64,000 bases of DNA from the human T2T-CHM13v2.0 reference genome, Homo sapiens, in assembly GCF_009914755.1 (NCBI RefSeq), contig NC_060926.1; one strand, 5' to 3'. This document shows, piece after piece, positions 13,841 through 29,999 of the stretch (the stretch's first letter is position 1; each line of letters opens with the position of its first letter). The notes beneath the pieces were generated by a model that worked only from the letters and a program-made list of their open reading frames with translations, ran no database searches and was not told the DNA's origin. The position numbers and the translations under genes are program-made.

Positions 13841-14435
13841 TCTTGCCCCGTAGAAAAGCGGGACTTGCCGCTAAGGGTGAAGGAGAAGGGGTTGAGGGGT
13901 ACTCGCCCCTGCCCCAGAAAAGCAGAGAAGGGGTAGAGACAAGGAGAGAAGGGGTTGAGGGGTACTTGCCCCTTCCCCAGAAAAGCGGGACTTGCCGCTA
14001 AGGGTGAAGGACCAAGGCAGGCGTCCCTGCGTGGTCTGACACCTTTGAAACATGGGTGAATAATCAGAGGCGTCCCTGCAATGATTAAACACCAAGGGAA
14101 GACTGCCTTCCCAGTCCGTGACCGGCGCCGGAGTTTTGGGTCCACGGATAAAACGTGTCTCCTTTGTCTCTACCAGAAAATACCAGAAAATGAAAGGAAT
14201 TGAAATTAAGAGAAGGGAGAGATTGAAGTGTGGCACCAAGATTGAAAGGAGAAAGAGGTTGAGGGTTAGTGAGGGAGGTTGGAGAAGAGAGTAAAAAGAG
14301 GCCGCTTACAGGATTTGAAATTGGTGAGATGTTTCTTGGGCTGGTCGGTCTGAGGACCTGAGGTCGTAGGTGGATCTTTCTCACGGAGCAAAGAACAGGA
14401 GGACGGGGGATTGATCTCCCAAGGGAGGTCCCCCG

Positions 14436-14453
14436 ATCCGAGTCACAGCACCA
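14436..14453 (-). other. Primer-binding site, tRNA-His
   Basis: TGGTGCTGTGACTCGGAT, 17/18 match to the His PBS TGGTGCCGTGACTCGGAT. Confidence 0.92.
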
Positions 14454-14455
14454 AA

Positions 14456-14908
14456 TTTCATGCGCGTCCCTGTGAAAAGACCACCAAACAGGCTTTGTGT
14501 GAGCAGTAAAGCTGTTTATTTCACTTGGGAGCAGGTGGGCTGAGTCCGAAAAGAGAGTCAGCGAAGGGAGATAAGGGTGGGGCCGTTTTATAGGATTTGG
14601 GTAGGTAAAGGAAAATTGCAGTCAAAGCGGGTTTGTTCTCTGGCAGGCAGGAGTGGGGGTCGCAAGGTGCTCAGTGGGGGTGCTTTTTGAGCCAGGATGA
14701 GCTAGGAAAAGGACTTTCACAAGGTAATGTCATCACGTAAGGCAAGGACTGGCCATTTACACTTCTTTTGTGGTGGAATGTCATCAGTTAAGGTGGGGCA
14801 GGGCATATTCACTTCTTTTGTGATTCTTCACTTACTTCAGGCCATCTGGGCTTATATGTGCAAGTCACAGGGGATGCGATTGCTTGGCTTGGGCTCAGAG
14901 GCTTGACA
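14456..14908 (-). promoter_or_regulatory. 5' LTR7 (LTR7up-like promoter)
   Basis: 453 bp; about 22 substitutions versus the 3' LTR. Two ACAAAAGAAGTG blocks and a CCTATAAAA TATA box near 14586-14594. Confidence 0.93.
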
Positions 14909-15341
14909 GTAGCCACAGTCTGGATAAGGATAAGGTTTTCTTATTATTTTTATTATTTTTTATTATTTTTTATTTCTGCCCCTATCCCCTATCTGCTTTG
15001 CTCCTCTCTGTTGTAGAGACTGTATTTCACTCAACTCTAATATCCAACTGGTCTGCTTTTCCTCCTCCTCTTCCACTGGTCTGTTTCTTAATACAGGGAA
15101 CTAACCTTCCATGAATGAAATTCCCATGCTGTAATACTCTTGGGCATCCAGTTAGGCTCGGTAGATAGGAGGCACTGATGGGAGAATGGAAGAAAGGAGG
15201 AGAGGAAAAAGCCAGATGATTCTCCTCTGGTCTCTCTTTCAACAGAGTCTTTAACTATGACACCAGTGCCTGCTAGGCAGTCCCTCTTCCAAGGTATGAA
15301 CTCCCCCTAAATATCCCACAACCCAGGCTCAGTGGCTCAGC

Positions 15342-15523
15342 CAGGGCCAGCTTCATGGGCTGGAGACCTGTGAAGTCATAGTTGCACAGAGCCTCATGCA
15401 TAAAAGGGCCCCATGCTTGCTTAATGCTCTGCTATCGCCATCTTGAAATTCTTAATGATTTTGAACAAGGGCTCACGCATTTTCATTTTGCACTCAGCCC
15501 TGTAAGTTATGTAGCTAGTCTTG
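15342..15523 (+). mobile_element. MER91A (hAT-Tip100)
   Basis: CAGGGCCAGCTTCATGGGC...CGCCATCTTGAAATTCTTAAT...TTATGTAGCTAGTCTTG. Confidence 0.8.
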
Positions 15524-16320
15524 GTTCCAGCACTGCTCAAGGAACCCCCTTCACATTTCTAGCTTTCCAAGTTTCACATTCACCTATAAATAGCAAAGCA
15601 TGTAATTTTATTTTCTGCTACTGTAATACCAGTCTGTTAATTTGACAAATGAAAGGAGCAGCTAACTTTCATTTTTTTACTATCTTTAACAATATATATT
15701 ATATGTTCCTTGAAAGGACATGTTAAAATAGCATTTATCTATAGAACTATCTGTCTCTGAAATGGTAGGGAGTGAAGTAAGGAAGAGTGTCTTTGGTTAT
15801 TTTTATTTGTTCAATATTCATTTATTTGTTATGTTTTTTCTTTTATCAATTTTAGCATTTTATATTTTTCCAATAATGCATCTCTTCTAAGGTTTCAAAT
15901 TCATTGCTGTTTATATTATCTTTGTTACCATGATATATCAAGATTATCATATCATATTATATCCTATATACTATACTTATTATCGTAATTATATAATAGT
16001 TATATTTTCTTCTAATCTGTATATTCATTAAATATTTAATCTGTTGTAGTAAATTCTTTCTTGCTACTTTGCATTTACTTTTTTGCTCATCTTACAGCTT
16101 AAGTTGCACAAATATTTTTCTCAGAGTTTCAGCTGTATATCAGACTTCTTAAATTACTTTCATTTTATGGATTATTTCACTAAATATTTCCTCTTCAATG
16201 AAGAATTACTTAATATATATATTTTAACATGTGGAACTTTTTAGCTATAAAATATTTGTCTTTTAATTTGTTAATTTCTAATATCACTGCATTATGGTAA
16301 ATATATTTTTCTTTAGTCTA

Positions 16321-16675
16321 CAATTGACCATTAAACAACACAGTTTCGAACTGCATAGGTCCACTTATATGCAGATGTTTTCAATAAATATATTGGAATA
16401 AGTTTTGGAGATTTATGAAAATTTGAAAAAACTCATAGATGTACTGTATTGCCTAAAATATCAAAAAATAAGAAAAAGATATGTCATTAATCCTTTAAAA
16501 TTTATGTAGATCTTAGTCTATTTATGTGTAACTTGGCTGTTTATGTTACTGGTGAGGCCTCCATTCAACAGTAAGCTAATAATAGTTAAGTTTTAGGGGA
16601 GTCAAATTTATATGTAGATTTTCAACTGTGTGGGGGATCAACACCCCAACCCTTGTGTTGTTTAAGGGTTAACTG
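16321..16675 (+). mobile_element. Tigger2-family MITE (Tigger2a/MER28-like)
   Basis: Terminal inverted repeats CAATTGACCATTAAACAACAC / GTGTTGTTTAAGGGTTAACTG, preceded by TA. Confidence 0.8.
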
Positions 16676-16768
16676 TGTGTGTATATACATATGTATGTAT
16701 ATATATACACATACAGATGCACATACGTATACACATATGTATACGTATACACACACATATATACACAA
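16676..16768. repeat. Compound (TG)/(TA)/(CA) microsatellite
   Basis: Directly visible at the Tigger end. Confidence 0.8.
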
Positions 16769-19700
16769 TATCCATTTCTTTCATCAATATCCATTTATTT
16801 CTCACCTCTTTCTCTACATACTGAAATCCCAACCTCACCAAAACTACTTTTTTCTGCTGTTTTCCTAGTTCGGGGACATTGTTTATTTAAACCACGAGAA
16901 GATTTGTAGACTTATTTATTCAGTGTGATCGTCTATATCTTGTTTCTTCCTGGATCTGGTTTCTATTTCTGTTTGAGTACTTCCTCCAAGAGTGTTTTCA
17001 ACGAAAAGTTTGCATAGTAAATTTTATAAAGTCTCATATGCCTGAGAATAATATTTTGCCCTCATATTTAAATTATAGTTTTACTGGATTAAAAACATGT
17101 TCAAATTTCTCTTCTGTCAACACATAAATATTATTGCATTGCCTTCTGGTATGCAGTGTAGCTGTTGAGAAACCTAATTTTTAATCTAATACTTGTAGTT
17201 TCTAAGGCTGTCTACACTATTCTTTCTTGCAGCTTTTAAGATGGTCTCTCTATTGAATGATCTCAAATATTATAATAGTGTATACAAATGTGTTCTCTTA
17301 CCGTTCTGTTTTATATAGGCATTTTTCATATTTTTTAAATGAAAACATTAGATATTGTTTCAAATATTTCCTTCTCGGTTCATCTGTCAAAAAACACTTA
17401 ACATAGTTTCTATGTCTTGGGTATTGTAAGTAAATGGCAAAATGATCGTGGGAGTACAGATATACCTTTGAGATATTCATTTCACTTCTTTGGATTTATA
17501 CTACTTAGTAGGATTGTTGTACCACATGGCTCAATTTTCACTTTTTTAAGAAAACTGCCTACTGTTTTCCACAATGGTTTGTTTTCTCTCTACACTTTCA
17601 CCAATACTTGTTATCTCTGGTCTTTTTGATATAGCTATACTAACAGGTGTGAGGTGATATCTTGTGGTTTTGATTTGCATTTCCCTGATGATTAGTGATA
17701 CTGAATACCTTTTAGTATACCTGTTCGCCATTTTTAAGTCGTCTATGGAAAAATGTCTCATGAGGTTCTTTGCCTACTTTTTATTTGGGTTACTTTGTTT
17801 TGTGTACTGTTGAGTTTTATGAGATGCCTATATATTTTGGATTTAACCCTTTAACAGATATATGCTTTGCAAATATTTTCTCCCATTTTATAGATAGCCT
17901 TTCCATTTTATTGACTGTTTTTTTTTTTCTGTGTAAAAACTTTTTAGTTTGATGTAGCCTCACTTGTTTTTGTGTATTTGTTTGTTTTGCTTTGCTTTTT
18001 TATGTTATTTTTGCCTGTGATTTTGGTGTTATATCCAAAATCATCACTACCAAGACCCATATCAAGGAGATTTTCTCCTATGTTTTCTTTCAGGATTTTT
18101 GTTTGTTTGTTTTAGGCCTTATCTTTAAGTCTTTTATCTATGTTGAGTTAATTTTTGTGTACGGTTTAAGATAAGGGCACACTTTTATTCTTCTGCATAT
18201 GGATATTCAGTTTCTCCAGCACCATTTATTAAAAAGACTATCTTTTCATCACTGTGTATTCTTGTCATCCTTGCCAAAAATTAGTTGGCTGTACATGTGT
18301 AGGTTTATTTCCAGACTCGATATTCTGTTGCATTGGCTTAATGTGTCTGTTTCTATGGCAATACCATAGGGTTTTGATTACTACAGCTTTGTGATATACT
18401 TTTAAATCAGGATGTGTAATGCCTCTAGTTTGTTCATATTTCTTAAGATTGTGTCTTTTGTCATTCCGTACACGTTAGGATTGTTTTCTCTATGTCTGTA
18501 AAAATTATCATTGGAATTTTGATAAAATTGTCATTGAACCTATAGATAGTTTTGTGCAGTGTGGACATTTGTACAATATTAATTATACCAATCTCCGTAT
18601 AGAACTTTCAATCCTATGTTGAATAAAAGTGGGGAGAGTGGGAACCGTCGCCTTGTCCAGATCTTAGAGGCATAGCTTTCAATTTTTCAAAATTGAGGAT
18701 AATGTTACTGTGGGCTTTTCATGTATGGTCTTTATTATGTTGAAGTGCATTCCCTAATTCGATGAGAATTTTTCATGAAAGCGTGTTGAATTTTGTCAAA
18801 TTTTTTTTCTGCATCTACTGAGATGATCATATGTGTTTCATCCTTTATTCTCTTAATTTGGTATCACATTTATAGATTTGGGTATGTTGACACATCCTTG
18901 TATTCCAGGAATAAATCCCACTTGATCATAGTGAATGATCCCTTTAATAAGCTGTTGAATTTGTTTTGCTAGTATTTTGTTGAGGATTTTTGGATTTTTG
19001 CATCTATGTTCATCAGGGCTATTGGCCTGTAGTTGTCTTTTCTTGTAGTGTTCTTGTCTGGCTTATTGCCCTCATAAAAGAAGTTTGGAATTGTTCTCTT
19101 CCTCTTCTTCTGTTATTTATTTATTTTTTTTTGGAAGAGTTTGAAAAAGTATTGGTGTTAATTCTTCTTTAAATATTTGGTAGAATTCACCTGCAAAGCC
19201 ATCTGATCCTGGGCTTTTCTTTGTTAAGAAATTTTTGATTATTGTTTCATTCTCCTTATTCATTATGGGTTTGTTCAGATTTTCTGTCTTCATGAGTCAG
19301 CCTTGTATATGCATAGGTTTATATCTACTCTGGTTGTATATTTCTAGAAGTTTGTACGTTTTCTTCTAGGCTATGTGATTTATTGGCATACAGTTGTTCA
19401 CAGTAGTCTCCTACCATCCTTTCATTGTATTTCTGTGGTATCAGTTGTAATGACTCCACTTTTCTTTATAATTTTATAAATAAAATTATATTGTTGGGAT
19501 ATCAGTGATAAAATTATATCCTTGGGATAGCATTGATTTTTAGCTTTATTGTATACATGGAGAAATGGCAGTGACTCCTCTCTCTTTTTCTCTTGGTTAG
19601 CCTAGATAAAACTTGATTACTTTTGTTCATTTTTTCAAAAGAAACCTCAGTTTCATTGAACTTTTCTATTGTCCATCTAGTCTTTCTTTATTTCTGTGTA

Positions 19701-20078
19701 ATCGTTGTTATTTTCTTCCTTCTGCTAACCTTGGGATCAGTTTTGTTCTTATTTTTCTAGTTCCTTGAGGTATAAAGTTAGATTGTTTATTTGAGATTCT
19801 TTTTCTAAGTGTAGGCATTTACCATTATAAACTTCTGTCTTTGAACTGCTTGTGCTGCGTCCCACAGGTGTTGGTATGCTGTGTGTTCTTTCGTTTTCAT
19901 TTTCTCAATACATCTTAAAATTTCCCTTTGTTTTCTTTATTTGTCTGTTTGCTCAAGAGCATGCTAATTTCCACATACTTGTGAATTTTTCAGTTTTTCT
20001 CCTGTTACTGATTTCTAGTTTCTTATCATTGTGGTCAGGAAGGTTACTTGATATTACTTCAATCTTACTTTATTTATT

Positions 20079-20674
<596 letters not shown>

Positions 20675-20975
20675 TAAAGCCTTGCTTTGTGGCCTCATTT
20701 TTTTCTTTATTATATTTTAGTTCTTTAATATTTTATATTGGTCACACCAGTGTCTCCAGTTGGTTCTTCTTTATACAGCTTGTATGTCTGCTACCAAGTC
20801 TATCCCTTATCTGTGAAAATATACTACTGTGCTTGGTGTAAGTTCAAACTTCATGTGATCCACTGTTAGTTTTTTTCTGACAGGTTGTTCATTCTTTCAT
20901 TTCCTGTCATGGATCTCAAGTTCTCACATGCTTTGTTATATCTTCCTGTTGTTTCTTATTCCCTTGGGATATCAG

Positions 20976-21009
<34 letters not shown>

Positions 21010-22009
21010 CTTTATCGTGTACATAGAGAAATGGCAAAAGCTATGGTCTGCACTATGCCTGGCAAGTTAAGATGAGAGAGTCTTTGGGGCAAGACATCAG
21101 GGACAAAAATCTCTGGTGCTCCCACATGGTCTCAACTTCATTCCCATCATATGAACTTATTTATTAGGGAACAGTATTGCTTGCACTCTAGGCCCTCCTA
21201 TTTTCCAAGTGCTCCTTTTATGACAGCACTTTTAGGCCTCTGGGGTTGTGCTAAGGGATGGAAAGATCACTTACAAGCAGTCTGCCTTGTTCTCCCTCAG
21301 TTAGACAGCACTAGTTTATGCTGTCAATTCCTTTTTTTTTTTTTTCAGTTGGCATTGGTGTTTTCCTGCCAGACAGGAGCCAAGAAAGCAGGGATATACC
21401 CAAACTGCATTGGAGGAAAGATATGAGCATATCAGAAACCTCTTCTGCAGCCTATTCTCTCATTTGGCTCTTGGCCTTGCTCCACCTTGCGTCCCCATTT
21501 TCTTCTCTTAAGAGGATGCTACCAAATTCGTGCTCCTCAAAGGTCTGTCAGAGTTGTGACTTATGTTCTGGGTTCCATCAGTCTCTTTCTAGCTTCTGTG
21601 GTATATCCAAGGTTAGATTCATCAGCAGTTTAAATGAAACCATGATCTTTTTTCCTATTTTATTTAGAAATGTAGAAATTATGTTCATGGAGTATATAGA
21701 TAACATTTGGTAATGTGTCATATTCACTTCCTAGCAACCTGCACATATATTAATGTAGACTGGAGTTCTAGAGTTGAAGTGACGACATATTTGTTTTTAT
21801 ATGAGATCCAGACTTGTATTGAAAGTTGAGTAATTGTGTGATATCAGTCAGTTGTTTTATTTTTCTCCTTTTTTTGTAATTTAATTTAGAATCTATTCAG
21901 CTAAAACTTGAAAGCTGTATTGAATTGTTGGTGGTAAATTATGAATAGTAGCTCAGTGATTGTGCCTGGTAGCAGAGCAGAGTATACTAAGACATCCCAA
22001 CATGCTAAA

Positions 22010-22160
22010 AATAACTAATATTTGTTTAGCATTTTACAAAACATTATCTTAAGTGACTGATAAAACTGTAAAACAAGCCTTATTATAATTCTCATTTTAT
22101 GGATGAGGAAACCAGAGCTGAGGAAGGCTCTCTGACATTTTCAGAATCATTCAGCCAAGA
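22010..22160 (-). mobile_element. MIR
   Basis: attctcattttatggatgaggaaaccagagctgag core. Confidence 0.6.
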
Positions 22161-22999
22161 ATGAAAGTCAGGTAAATAGTACAAAGAAAATCACAAAGCC
22201 TGAGACATCTCAAATGCAAGGATAAGCAGGCACAAATACCAAGAATGCTAGTAGTAAACCAAGCTAGCAAAATCAAGCAAATGCAAGGAATCAGTGTCTA
22301 CTTATGGATGCAAAACAAGAGACTGATGAGGAAGATGTATATTCTTTTGATCTGAAAGAACTATAATGGTCTCACTACCAGAATTTAGCCCCAGTTATAC
22401 ATCTGTAAAATGGAAGAAAAAGAACTAGAAAATTAAAGACAACAAATTCTCAGTTTAAACTTATCTTAGTGGGGAAGAGGATGATGGAGTGGGATTGGAA
22501 CTCAAGTGCTTTTTTCACAAGCTTCCAGAGAGGAAAATATTTTGGTTACTACATATATTCTTAAAATATGTCAAAATAATGGTCATCTCCTTCTGTTCAT
22601 ACCTCTCCCATCTCTGTTTTTCTGTTTCTCTTTTTGACTATTTGCTTCTTTGTATTTCTTATCTTCTTCTTCCCCACTTCTGTAGCTCAGCAATTTCTGT
22701 GTATAGACGTGTAGATTTCTATATATAGATTATCTGACATTCTATTTCATGATGTACACAGATGTATATCTCCTATTTGCCTCTGTCTTGTATCTCATTT
22801 TCCTTTTCTGTCTCCCTCCACTCCAGCAACTGGATCATAACAGTCATGCAATGATACATCAGGACCCTCGACCTCACAACATTTTGTCTACCATATGCTT
22901 AAAAGAAGGTAAGCTTCACAGAGTTTGGGTATTTGAGTTAAGTTGAAATTTTGCCTTTTTCTTTCTAAGATTAATGTATTTTATCACTTTAACAGATTT

Positions 23000-24217
23000 T
23001 TATCTATGAGATTCTGAATGTAAGTAATCAAAGTGGACATCTGTGTCTTCTTTTTCCTGAGTTTGACAGAAAATGATATATATGGGTTGTTCTGGGTCTT
23101 ATAAACATCTTACACATGGTTCAACAATTGTCCTTCTATATTTAGCTTACTAAATCTTTTGAAATTTATTTTCTCTCAAATCAACAGGTATTAAAGTGAT
23201 CATTTTTTAAACATCTATTAAGATAATCATCTTTTCAAAAATTTAATCTTCAGCATAATGACTCATGTTAAACTATTATTTCATTCTTAAGATAAAGTCT
23301 GCCTGATACTATTTATGAATATCATATTTAAAAGTTTTGTTCTGTATTTGTAAATTGGATTACTCTATGGATTTTTCTTTATGTGCATCATTTGTTTAGA
23401 TTTGATTTCAGATTTGCTTTAGCCTTGAGGAATAAGTTGAGCAAATTTTTTTCTTTCATTTTGGTTTTTCTTAATTGCATTTCTAACATAGGTACTATCG
23501 CTTTCTTCAAGTTCTGGAAAAAACTCATCTCCAAACTGTCTAGAACTGACATCTATTTTAGAAGTACTTCACTTTTTGATTTTTTTTTTCAAATTCTATA
23601 GGTATTAGTTTATTTAGGTATTTTAATTTTCCTTGGACAAATTTTGTTAACGTATATAGTTTTAATATATTAATTTCATTTAAATTTCAAATTCAATGGC
23701 ATAAATTTGCTTGGAGCATTTTATTTTTATAACTATTCTCTGTTTATAGTTATATATTTCTTCTCATTTCTAATTTTGTGGTTGGTTTGTTTAGTTTGGT
23801 CTTCTTTCATGTTTCTTGATTGGATTTCCTCAAGGCTTGTATGTTCGATAGATCTTATAAAATAACTGTGTTTATATTAACCAAGTCTATATTTTTGGTA
23901 TTATATTGTTTCTTACTTTTATAATTACGTTATTTCTATTTAAAAATTTATTTTGTTGTTTTCTAACTTCATAAATTGAAATCCAGTTGATATATTTTTA
24001 ATATTCATTTTATATTATACATATTTAAGGCTGTACCTTTTCTCTGGGTGACATTCTGGACTCTGCCAGGTTTAAATATGTAGTGATCTCATGGCCATTC
24101 ATTTTCAAGTACTTTCTAATCTTCATATCATTACTTCTTGCTTAATCAAGAGGGAATTTTTCTTGGGTCAACCAAGAAAAATATAGTAGCATGTCTGTTT
24201 TCACATGCTTAAGGGGT

Positions 24218-24258
<41 letters not shown>

Positions 24259-24640
24259 GTGGAGTCACATTCTTTGTTGCAAAGTTTGAATTTATTCCAT
24301 AATTGTCAGAAACATAGCCTACATGTTTTTTGCCTTGGGAAAATTATTGAATGTTACTTTCATGCTCACTATGTAATCTGATTTATCAAATGGTCTAGAT
24401 TTGTTTGAATACAAACTTATTTCTGTATTTCTTGATACAAATTATGTTTATAATATCTATCTATGACTACATGTTGGTTAATTGCTTTATTACAATTCCT
24501 CTATAATTTGTTTTAAAATATGTTTTTAGTTTCAGAGATAAGTGAATTTAAAAGATCCCATTATAACGGTGGATTTGTCAATTCCCCTTGTGTAATTTCA
24601 AGTTTTTTGTTATTTGTTTTTAATTTAATGTATTGCAACA
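23000..24640 (-). mobile_element. Ancient L1 (L1ME/L1M5-type) remnants
   Basis: T-rich degenerate sequence colinear with L1 ORF2; boundaries approximate. Confidence 0.5.
24220..24256. repeat. (GT)n microsatellite, ~18 units
   Basis: Directly visible. Confidence 0.97.
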
Positions 24641-24759
24641 ATATCATATTAGGCCCAGAAATAATTGTCATTACTATATGTGCTGATAAAGTAAAACTTT
24701 GGTAAATTCTAGGTAACATGTATCATCTACTCTGGCTTCCAATGTTGCAGACAGTGTTA

Positions 24760-24960
24760 AAATTCTCTGTATCACTATTAGGTCCATAATATTATTGTCG
24801 TTGTTATTATTATTGCCATTTCACAGAAAAGAGACCAGGTGTAAAGAATGAACACATACTGTTACTTTCAGCTAGCAAGCAAGGAAGCCACCCAGGCAGC
24901 TGCCCTGAACTCAAACCTACACAGACAGCTCCAGAGCCATTCTCCATCAGCGCCATGCTC
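24760..24960 (-). mobile_element. MIR fragment
   Basis: attattgccatttcacagaaaagaga...acccaggcagctg...tccagagcc. Confidence 0.5.
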
Positions 24961-25430
24961 ATCAGTACCATTCATGTTTTGTTTTCTTCCTTGAATTCTA
25001 TTTTGTCTTTATTTTTACAGTGTTGTCTGACCTATATGTACTCATTCTTTGTTTTAAACCACTTAGTGCCAATTCATTTTACGTTTAATGGTTAACACCG
25101 TATAGCTAAATTTTTTTAGAGAATTTGGTAGTCTTCAATAAAGATCATATACACACATTTTAATTATGGATATTTTAACTTAATAATGTTACTTTCCTAC
25201 TTATTATATATATATATATATATATTTTTTTTTTTTTTCTTTCTTCCTTTTTTTTTTTTTTTTTTTTTTTTTGAGACGGAGTCTCGTTCTGTCGCCCAGG
25301 CTGGAGGGCAGTGGCGCGATCTCGGCACAGTGCAAGCTCCGCCTCCTGGGTTCACGCCATTCTCCCGCCTCAGCCTCCTGGGTTGCTGGGACTACAGGCA
25401 CCCGCTGCTACGCCCGGATAATTTTTTGTG

Positions 25431-27980
<2,550 letters not shown>

Positions 27981-29344
27981 TAGCCAGGATGGTCTCGATC
28001 TCCTGACCTCGTGATCCGCCTGCCTGGCCCTCCCAAAGTGCTGGGATTACAGGCGTGCGCCACCACGCCTGGCCCCTACTTATTATATTTTTATTGATTC
28101 TTTTAATTTTTTCTTCAGTTTTTTGGGAATTTTCTATTATTCACTTCTAATTTTTTTATGCCTTAATTTTTTTGGAACACATCCATCTTTTCTCCTAAGA
28201 TTTTATCATGTGCTTTCCTGAAAGTTTAAAGAAAACCAGCTTCATTTCATCTGAAATAATACAAAAAAATTAAAAGTTTACCCCTACCGCAGATAGTAGG
28301 GAAATATTGAGCCAAAATATAACTTTAATATTTAAATTATCAATAATTCATACCTAATTTAAAAGATAGCTTTTTCACCAAGGTTTCTTGCATGTTAAAT
28401 TTATTTTTTGACTTTGTTCATGTTATTCTAGTTTAAAAATTTTAATGATTTCTGCATGCCAAACATTTTTACTTTTTATTATGAAGTTCACTTATCTTTC
28501 TGCCTATGTAATTGTTGGATAATATTTTCACATTAAAAGCTCAAACTTTTACAAACTTATATGTTACTGTATCTCCATGAAAATTTTGTGTAAGATTAGA
28601 ATATTCAATTAATAACCTCATTTAGCTGAATAAAGTTTTATTTTTTTCATTTCTTTGATTACTGTTTCTCTTCTACCTGCCTTTTTCTGTTCTGGGATTC
28701 CTATTACATGAATGCTGGATTTCTTATATTAGTCTTCCACGTTTCTCATACTAAGAGAACCATTTTGTTATCCTTATTCATTTTTTTAATTCCAGGAAAA
28801 TAATACTGAGCTGATCATATAATGGCTACATTTTCAAATTGTTGCTTATTTTTTCTGTGGCATATTTATTCCTGCCTTTTATCTTGAAGTAATCCATTTT
28901 TCATTTGTGAATCCTGGCTTTAGGTCATAGATAAATATTTTTAGTGCTATAAATTGGAGAATTTCTAGATTTTCACTGGCTTATTTGAAGAAATCTTATT
29001 TGTAAGGGAATATTTCTACTTCATTTTCTCAACTGACCTCATCTAACTTGATACATAATTTTATATATCAAGCAATTTTTGCTTGTTTGCTTTCATTTTA
29101 TATTTTCTGTATATTATGATATATATCATATATACATCACATAAATAGTCATATATACAGGATTTTGGAATTGTGAAAACTGAGCTGACTTTCAGATTGT
29201 GTGAGCTTTTGCTCCTTTCATGTACAGATTACAGACATGTTCTGAAAAAAGAACCCTTGCTGATGACTGGAAATGCAAACTGAAAAATGGTGAGAAAGGG
29301 AGAAGAGAGAGGGAATAAGATCTGCAGCCCTCTACATAATAATG

Positions 29345-29545
29345 AGGAGGGGATATTCTGTACCCAAGGAAGTTTTGGCAATATCTAAGGATATTTTGAT
29401 TGTCAAAACTGGAGGGAAGCCACTGGCATCTAGTAGATAGAAGCCTAGGATGCTACTAAACCTCCTACAACTCACAGAATAGCTCTCCACAACAATGAAT
29501 TAGCCAGTCTAAAGTGTCAATAGTGTTGAGCTTGGGAAATTGTTG
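29345..29545 (+). mobile_element. MER20 (hAT-Charlie)
   Basis: tggcaatatct...actggcatctagtagatagaagcc...aagtgtcaatagtgttgag. Confidence 0.75.
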
Positions 29546-29999
29546 CTTACAGATTTATAGAAATGAAAAGGAACCCATGCTTAAGGAAAGGAAGGGAGCA
29601 AAGTAGTCAAGAAAAGGTATGAGAGAGCGGAGGTAAGATCATTGCAACAACAACAACAAAAAGATTAGATACTGGGAATAGCATAGAAGTGCCCTGACAT
29701 AAAATAAAACATGATCCTTCTTTCATCTCCCCAAGAACTTTTAGCAAAAAATATATGTCATTCAGCTTACTTTGAGTGTTGCATTTCTGTTATTTGTGTA
29801 TTTGCTTTTTCAACAATATTCTAAGAATGATTCCCCAGCAGGCAAAGCAGAAATTATCAAAAGATCACTGTAACATTATCATTACATTTATAATTATTGT
29901 AGTTGTACTTAGCCATATTGAAAGTTTCGTACCCTTTGAGAAATACCTGGGGTGAAATAGCTAGCTGATATAACAAGTAAACTAAATATTGTTCATATC

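Larger units (their letters stand above)
8828..14908 (-). mobile_element. HERV-H provirus (common ~6 kb deleted form), LTR7-int-LTR7
   Basis: Paired LTRs, perfect 5-bp TSD GTAGC (8823-8827 / 14909-14913), His PBS, polypurine tract and gag/pro/pol remnants. Confidence 0.98.

Noticed and set aside
13871-14561. That this locus is ESRG itself
   Set aside because: The peptide differs at many positions from the recalled ESRG sequence and is frameshifted; it is a paralogous HERV-H copy.
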